Assembly: GCA_963804645.1 (NCBI GenBank)
Contig: CAWDRG010000017.1
Coordinates: forward strand, 576,001-640,000
Reading direction: 5' to 3'
From: an uncultured Bacillota bacterium
GTDB taxonomy: Bacteria; Sysuimicrobiota; Sysuimicrobiia; Sysuimicrobiales; Segetimicrobiaceae
DNA length: 64,000 bases
Positions 59,897-64,000 of the stretch are shown piece after piece; position 1 is the stretch's first letter, and each line of letters starts with the position of its first letter. The notes under the pieces are model-generated. The model made no database searches. It saw nothing but the letters and a program-made list of their open reading frames with translations, and was not told where the DNA came from. Both the position numbers and the translations under genes were made by a program.

Positions 59897-60759
59897 GCGC
59901 CGTCGGGATCGTCGGGCGCCGGGGCGCGCGGCGCGGCCGGTCGCGGCTGTTGCGCCGGCACTTGATCGGCGCGCTCGGCGCGGCCGTCGTCCTGGTGATG
60001 GTGCTGGTCGCCGTCTTCGCGGGGTGGCTCAGCCCGTACAATCCGAACGCGCTGTTCGATCCACGGCTGAGCCCGCCGAGCGCGCAGCACGTGCTCGGGC
60101 TGGACCAACTGGGCCGGGACGTGCTCAGCCGCCTGATCTTCGGGGCCCGCGTGTCGCTCCTCGTCAGTCTAACCTCGATCGGCCTCTCGCTCGTCGTGGG
60201 CGGCGGCCTGGGACTCGTGGCCGGATACTACGGTGGCGTCGTGGACAACGTCATCATGCGCGTCATGGACGTTATGTTCACGGTGCCGTCGTTCGTGCTG
60301 GCGATCGCGCTGGCCGGGATCATCGGCCCGAGCCTCACCACCGTGATTCTCGCGATCGCGATCGTGACTGTCCCGACCATCGCGCGGGTGACGCGGGCGC
60401 CCGCGCTGACGGTCCGCGAGACCGAGTTCGTGTCGAGCGCCCGCGCCGCCGGGGCCGCGGACCTCCGGATCGTGGTCCGGCACGTGCTCCCCAATGTCAC
60501 CGGCCCCCTGATCGTCCAGGCCACGGTCGCCATTGCCGACGCGATCCTGATCGAGGCGGGGTTGAGCTTCCTGGGCCTCGGCGTCCAGCCGCCGTACGCG
60601 TCGTGGGGCAACATGCTGGGGACCGGGCGCAGCTACATCGGGCTGGCGAACGGCCTGTCGGTCTTTCCCGGCGCCGCGCTGATGCTCGCGGTCCTCGGCT
60701 TCAACTTTGCGGGAGACGGGTTCCGGGACGTGCTCGACCCGCAGCTGCGCGGACCGTAG
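59893..60759 (+). CDS. ABC transporter permease, DppC/OppC family
   Basis: Start MSAVGIVG; GLDQLGRD, EAGLSFLGLG, SWGNML. Confidence 0.95.
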   Translation: MSAVGIVGRRGARRGRSRLLRRHLIGALGAAVVLVMVLVAVFAGWLSPYNPNALFDPRLSPPSAQHVLGLDQLGRDVLSRLIFGARVSLLVSLTSIGLSLVVGGGLGLVAGYYGGVVDNVIMRVMDVMFTVPSFVLAIALAGIIGPSLTTVILAIAIVTVPTIARVTRAPALTVRETEFVSSARAAGAADLRIVVRHVLPNVTGPLIVQATVAIADAILIEAGLSFLGLGVQPPYASWGNMLGTGRSYIGLANGLSVFPGAALMLAVLGFNFAGDGFRDVLDPQLRGP

Positions 60760-60827
60760 CAGGGCGCCGCGCGCCGGGCGAGAAGTGAATCGAACGTGGG
60801 TCGCACCCCGATCGGGGAGGGGACGAG

Positions 60828-62432
60828 ATGAACCGGCATGGCGAGGTACCCGACAGACCCGCACGGTCGACGCGCGGCCTGACCCGGCGCGAGTGGCTCA
60901 AACTGGCGGGCGCCGCCGGCGCGCTCGGCCTCGCGGGAGCGCCGGGGGCCGCCGACGCGGCGACTGCGGCCGCTCCCGCGATCAAGCGGGGCGGCACCCT
61001 CAACTGGGCCGAGGTCGACGATCCGATCAGCCTCGACCCCAGCAACCGCATCAACGACTCGGCCACGGTCATCGAGCGGATGATCTATCAGACCTTCACG
61101 CGCTTCAATCCGCGGACGATGGCGGTCGAGCCGTCGCTGGCCACGAAATGGCAGTTCACCAAACCGACGGAGATCATCTGGACCCTCCGTCAGGGCGTCG
61201 TGTTCCACAACGGCCGGCCGTTCACGGCGGAGGACGCAAAGTGGAGCGTCGACCGCTCGCTGGATCCGAAGACCGCCAACCCCTTCGCCAGCTGGTACTC
61301 GGCCATCGACAAGACCGAGGTCGTCAGCCCGTACGTGGTCCGGATGACGTTGAAGCAGATCGACCCCGCGCTCCCGGGCAAATTCGCGACCAACCGCGTC
61401 ATCGGGTTTGCCCCCGCGAACTCCGATCCGGCGACCCTGGCCTCAAAACCCGTCGGCACCGGGCCGTTCAAGCTCACGGAGTGGGTCCCAAACGACCACG
61501 TCATCCTCGTCCGGAACGAACGGTATTGGGAGCGGGGCATCCCGTACCTCGACACCCTGAATGTGAAGTTCATCAACCCCGAGGACACGCGGATCGCGGG
61601 GCTGCAGGCCGGGACGATCGATTTCTCCATCCTCAGCGCCGACGGCGCCAAGCGCCTGGCCAGCAACCCGAACATCAAGTTCGCCACCGGACCGAACGGC
61701 GTCTTCACCGTCATCAAGCTCAACAAACGGTTCGCGCCGTTTCGCGACCGGCGCGTGCGCCAGGCGATGGACATGTCGATCGACCGGCAGGCAATCATTG
61801 CCAAAGCCCTCGGCGGCGCCGGGGTCATCACCGGCCCGATCGTGTACGGCTGGGACGACTACGGCATCCCCCCGAACCAACTGCCGTTCAAGATCGACCT
61901 CGACCAGGCGAAGAAGCTCATGGCCGAGGCCGGGTACGCCAACGGATTCCAGGTGACGTGCATCAGCCTCCCCGAGGGGCACCCGGCGGACTTCTATCCG
62001 AGCATCGCGGTGGCCGCCGACAACTGGAAGCGCATCGGCATCACGGTGAACATCCAGCAGCTGGAGCTCGGGGCGTGGCTCGACAAGAACAACACGCTCG
62101 ACTACGACATGTTCATCGGCAACCGGGGCTTCCGCGGCGACCCGATCGATGTGCTCTACCCCTACTACGACATCAAGGGCAGCGATAATCCGCTCGGCTA
62201 CTCGAACTCGCAGGTCCAGCGCTGGCTCGCGCAGGCGATGGTCGAGCCCGACCGGCTGAAGCGCCGCGCCCTGTACTTCAACATCCAATGGCAGGTCCTG
62301 AAGGACGTCCCGTGGATCTTCCTGTGGGCGCCGGTCCAGACCGACGCGATGCAGAAGTACGTGATGGGCTACGACCACGTCCCGTTCGACAGCTTCAAGG
62401 ACATGATGTGGACGACGTGGCTCGCGAAGTAA
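60828..62432 (+). CDS. ABC transporter substrate-binding protein, family 5, Tat signal
   Basis: LTRREWLK Tat motif; LRQGVVFHNG, PVGTGPFK, RVRQAM. Confidence 0.93.
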   Translation: MNRHGEVPDRPARSTRGLTRREWLKLAGAAGALGLAGAPGAADAATAAAPAIKRGGTLNWAEVDDPISLDPSNRINDSATVIERMIYQTFTRFNPRTMAVEPSLATKWQFTKPTEIIWTLRQGVVFHNGRPFTAEDAKWSVDRSLDPKTANPFASWYSAIDKTEVVSPYVVRMTLKQIDPALPGKFATNRVIGFAPANSDPATLASKPVGTGPFKLTEWVPNDHVILVRNERYWERGIPYLDTLNVKFINPEDTRIAGLQAGTIDFSILSADGAKRLASNPNIKFATGPNGVFTVIKLNKRFAPFRDRRVRQAMDMSIDRQAIIAKALGGAGVITGPIVYGWDDYGIPPNQLPFKIDLDQAKKLMAEAGYANGFQVTCISLPEGHPADFYPSIAVAADNWKRIGITVNIQQLELGAWLDKNNTLDYDMFIGNRGFRGDPIDVLYPYYDIKGSDNPLGYSNSQVQRWLAQAMVEPDRLKRRALYFNIQWQVLKDVPWIFLWAPVQTDAMQKYVMGYDHVPFDSFKDMMWTTWLAK

Positions 62433-62453
62433 CCGGGCCGCGGCCCCGCCGCC

Positions 62454-63434
62454 GTGGATGAGCTGCGTGTCCACAGCACGCTGCGCCTGCCCGACGACTC
62501 GCTCGCGCGAATCCGGGGTGTCGCGCCGCGGATCCGGCTGACCACCCGTCCGCTCACCCCGTACGAGCCGCCGGCCGGGATGGAGCGGGACCTCGCCGAC
62601 GTCGAGGTGCTGCTCTCCTACCATGCCGCGTTCGAGATGGCCGCGGCGCCGCGGCTCCGCTGGCTGCAGATGGGCGGGGACGGCGTGGATCACCTGCGCG
62701 GCCGGCCGGTGCTGCAGAGTGACGTCCTCATCACCAACGCGCGCATCTTCGACGCGCCGATTGCCGAGTATGTCATCGCCTCGATGATCGCGTACTTCCG
62801 GGCGTTTCCGCGCATGCTCGAACGGTTTCAGCGGGGGCGGGTGTGGCCCGCCAACCAGTGGGACGAGTACGCCGGCGAGGACGCGGCCGGCAAGACGATG
62901 ATCATCGTCGGATACGGCTCGATCGGCCGGAAGCTCGCCCGGATCGCGCGCAGCCTCGACATGACGGTCCTGGCCACGCGGCGGAGCGCGGCGTCGCCGG
63001 TGCGGGAGGACGGCGTCGAGGTGCGCCCGCCCCACGCCCTCCGCGAGCTGCTGCCCGGCGGGGACGTGGTCGTGGTGTGCCTGCCGCTGACCGACGAGAC
63101 CGAGGGGTCGATCGGCGAAGCCGAGCTGCGCGCGATGAAGCGCACCGCGTACCTGATCAACATCGGGCGCGGCAAGGTGATCGATGAAGCCGCCCTGCTC
63201 CGTGCGCTCCGGGAAGGGTGGATCGGCGGCGCCGGGTTGGACGTGCACGCCCGCACGCCGCTGCCCCCCGACAGCCCGTTCTTCGATCTTCCGAACGTCA
63301 TCCTGACCCCCCACATGTCGGGGATCAGCCAAGGCTACTACGCGCGTGTCACCGACCTGGTGTGCGAGAACCTGCGCCGGTACATGACCGGGGCGCCGCT
63401 CCTCAACGTCGTGGACAAGCAGAAGGGATACTGA
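62454..63434 (+). CDS. D-2-hydroxyacid dehydrogenase family protein
   Basis: GYGSIG, PLTDET, INIGRG, LDV, TPHMSG. Confidence 0.92.
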   Translation: MDELRVHSTLRLPDDSLARIRGVAPRIRLTTRPLTPYEPPAGMERDLADVEVLLSYHAAFEMAAAPRLRWLQMGGDGVDHLRGRPVLQSDVLITNARIFDAPIAEYVIASMIAYFRAFPRMLERFQRGRVWPANQWDEYAGEDAAGKTMIIVGYGSIGRKLARIARSLDMTVLATRRSAASPVREDGVEVRPPHALRELLPGGDVVVVCLPLTDETEGSIGEAELRAMKRTAYLINIGRGKVIDEAALLRALREGWIGGAGLDVHARTPLPPDSPFFDLPNVILTPHMSGISQGYYARVTDLVCENLRRYMTGAPLLNVVDKQKGY

Positions 63435-63436
63435 CC

Positions 63437-64000
63437 GTGCCGAGTCTCCAGGCGGGGATCGCCCGCCGCGCCATCAACCCGCCGTTGGGCGTGAAGACCG
63501 TCGGGTTCACATCCCGCGAAGGTGTCGTGGAGGCGATCGAGAGCGACCTGACCGCAACGTGCCTCGTCCTGGCCAGCCGCGACGGCGGCCAGACGACGTC
63601 CAAGGTGGCGATCGTCGCCCTCGATCTCTGCATGGCGGCCCCGGCGCGCGTCCTGGAATGGCGCCGCGCCATCGCGGACACGATCGGCACGTCGCCGTCC
63701 CATGTCATGATCAACTTCAACCACACGCACAGCGGGCCGGCCCTGCCCGACCGGCCGCCTGAATTTGAGTTTCAGCGCCCGATGCTGCAGGCGTACCAGG
63801 ACATGATGGTCGCGCGCACGGTCGAGGCCGCGGCGGAGGCGGACCGCGGCCTGCGAGACGCCCGGGTCGCCGGGGGCTGGGGCGAGAGCCGGATCGGCAT
63901 CAACCGGCGGGAGGTCGGCCCGGACGGCATGGTGTTCCTCGGCGAAGCGCCGGGGAAGCCGATCGATCCCGCGGTCGGCGTGCTCCGGGTCGACGACCTC
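63437..64000 (+). CDS. Neutral/alkaline ceramidase-like metallohydrolase (partial, runs off right edge)
   Basis: Manual translation: VPSLQAGIARRAINPP...FNHTHSGP...GINRRE...IDPAVGVLRVD. Confidence 0.78.
   Translation, partial: MPSLQAGIARRAINPPLGVKTVGFTSREGVVEAIESDLTATCLVLASRDGGQTTSKVAIVALDLCMAAPARVLEWRRAIADTIGTSPSHVMINFNHTHSGPALPDRPPEFEFQRPMLQAYQDMMVARTVEAAAEADRGLRDARVAGGWGESRIGINRREVGPDGMVFLGEAPGKPIDPAVGVLRVDDL

Overview
High-GC bacterial window, nearly all coding and dominated by catabolic and uptake genes. It holds five family-5 (Dpp/Opp) ABC solute-binding proteins and three permease pairs but no ABC ATPase. Neighbouring enzymes include a dipeptidase, gamma-glutamyltransferase, amidase, opine dehydrogenase, three neutral-ceramidase-like proteins, a desuccinylase, a class III aminotransferase and two enolase-superfamily dehydratases. 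Also present: an orphan beta-class DNA methyltransferase, a 2-oxoacid dehydrogenase with E1alpha divergent from E1beta-E2, an arsR-arsM-arsC-aquaporin operon, pyrF, nadC, ilvC and a proline dehydrogenase. A patchy, visibly less GC-rich region (~45.4-57.5 kb) contains gene remnants, three copies of a ~35-40 bp hairpin-containing direct repeat (two flank an SDR gene), and an ICL/PrpB-like + LeuCD-like + atypical DRE-TIM + PrpD-like cluster. No rRNA, tRNA, CRISPR array or intact transposase was recognised. All calls come from motif recognition by eye, and start codons are best estimates.
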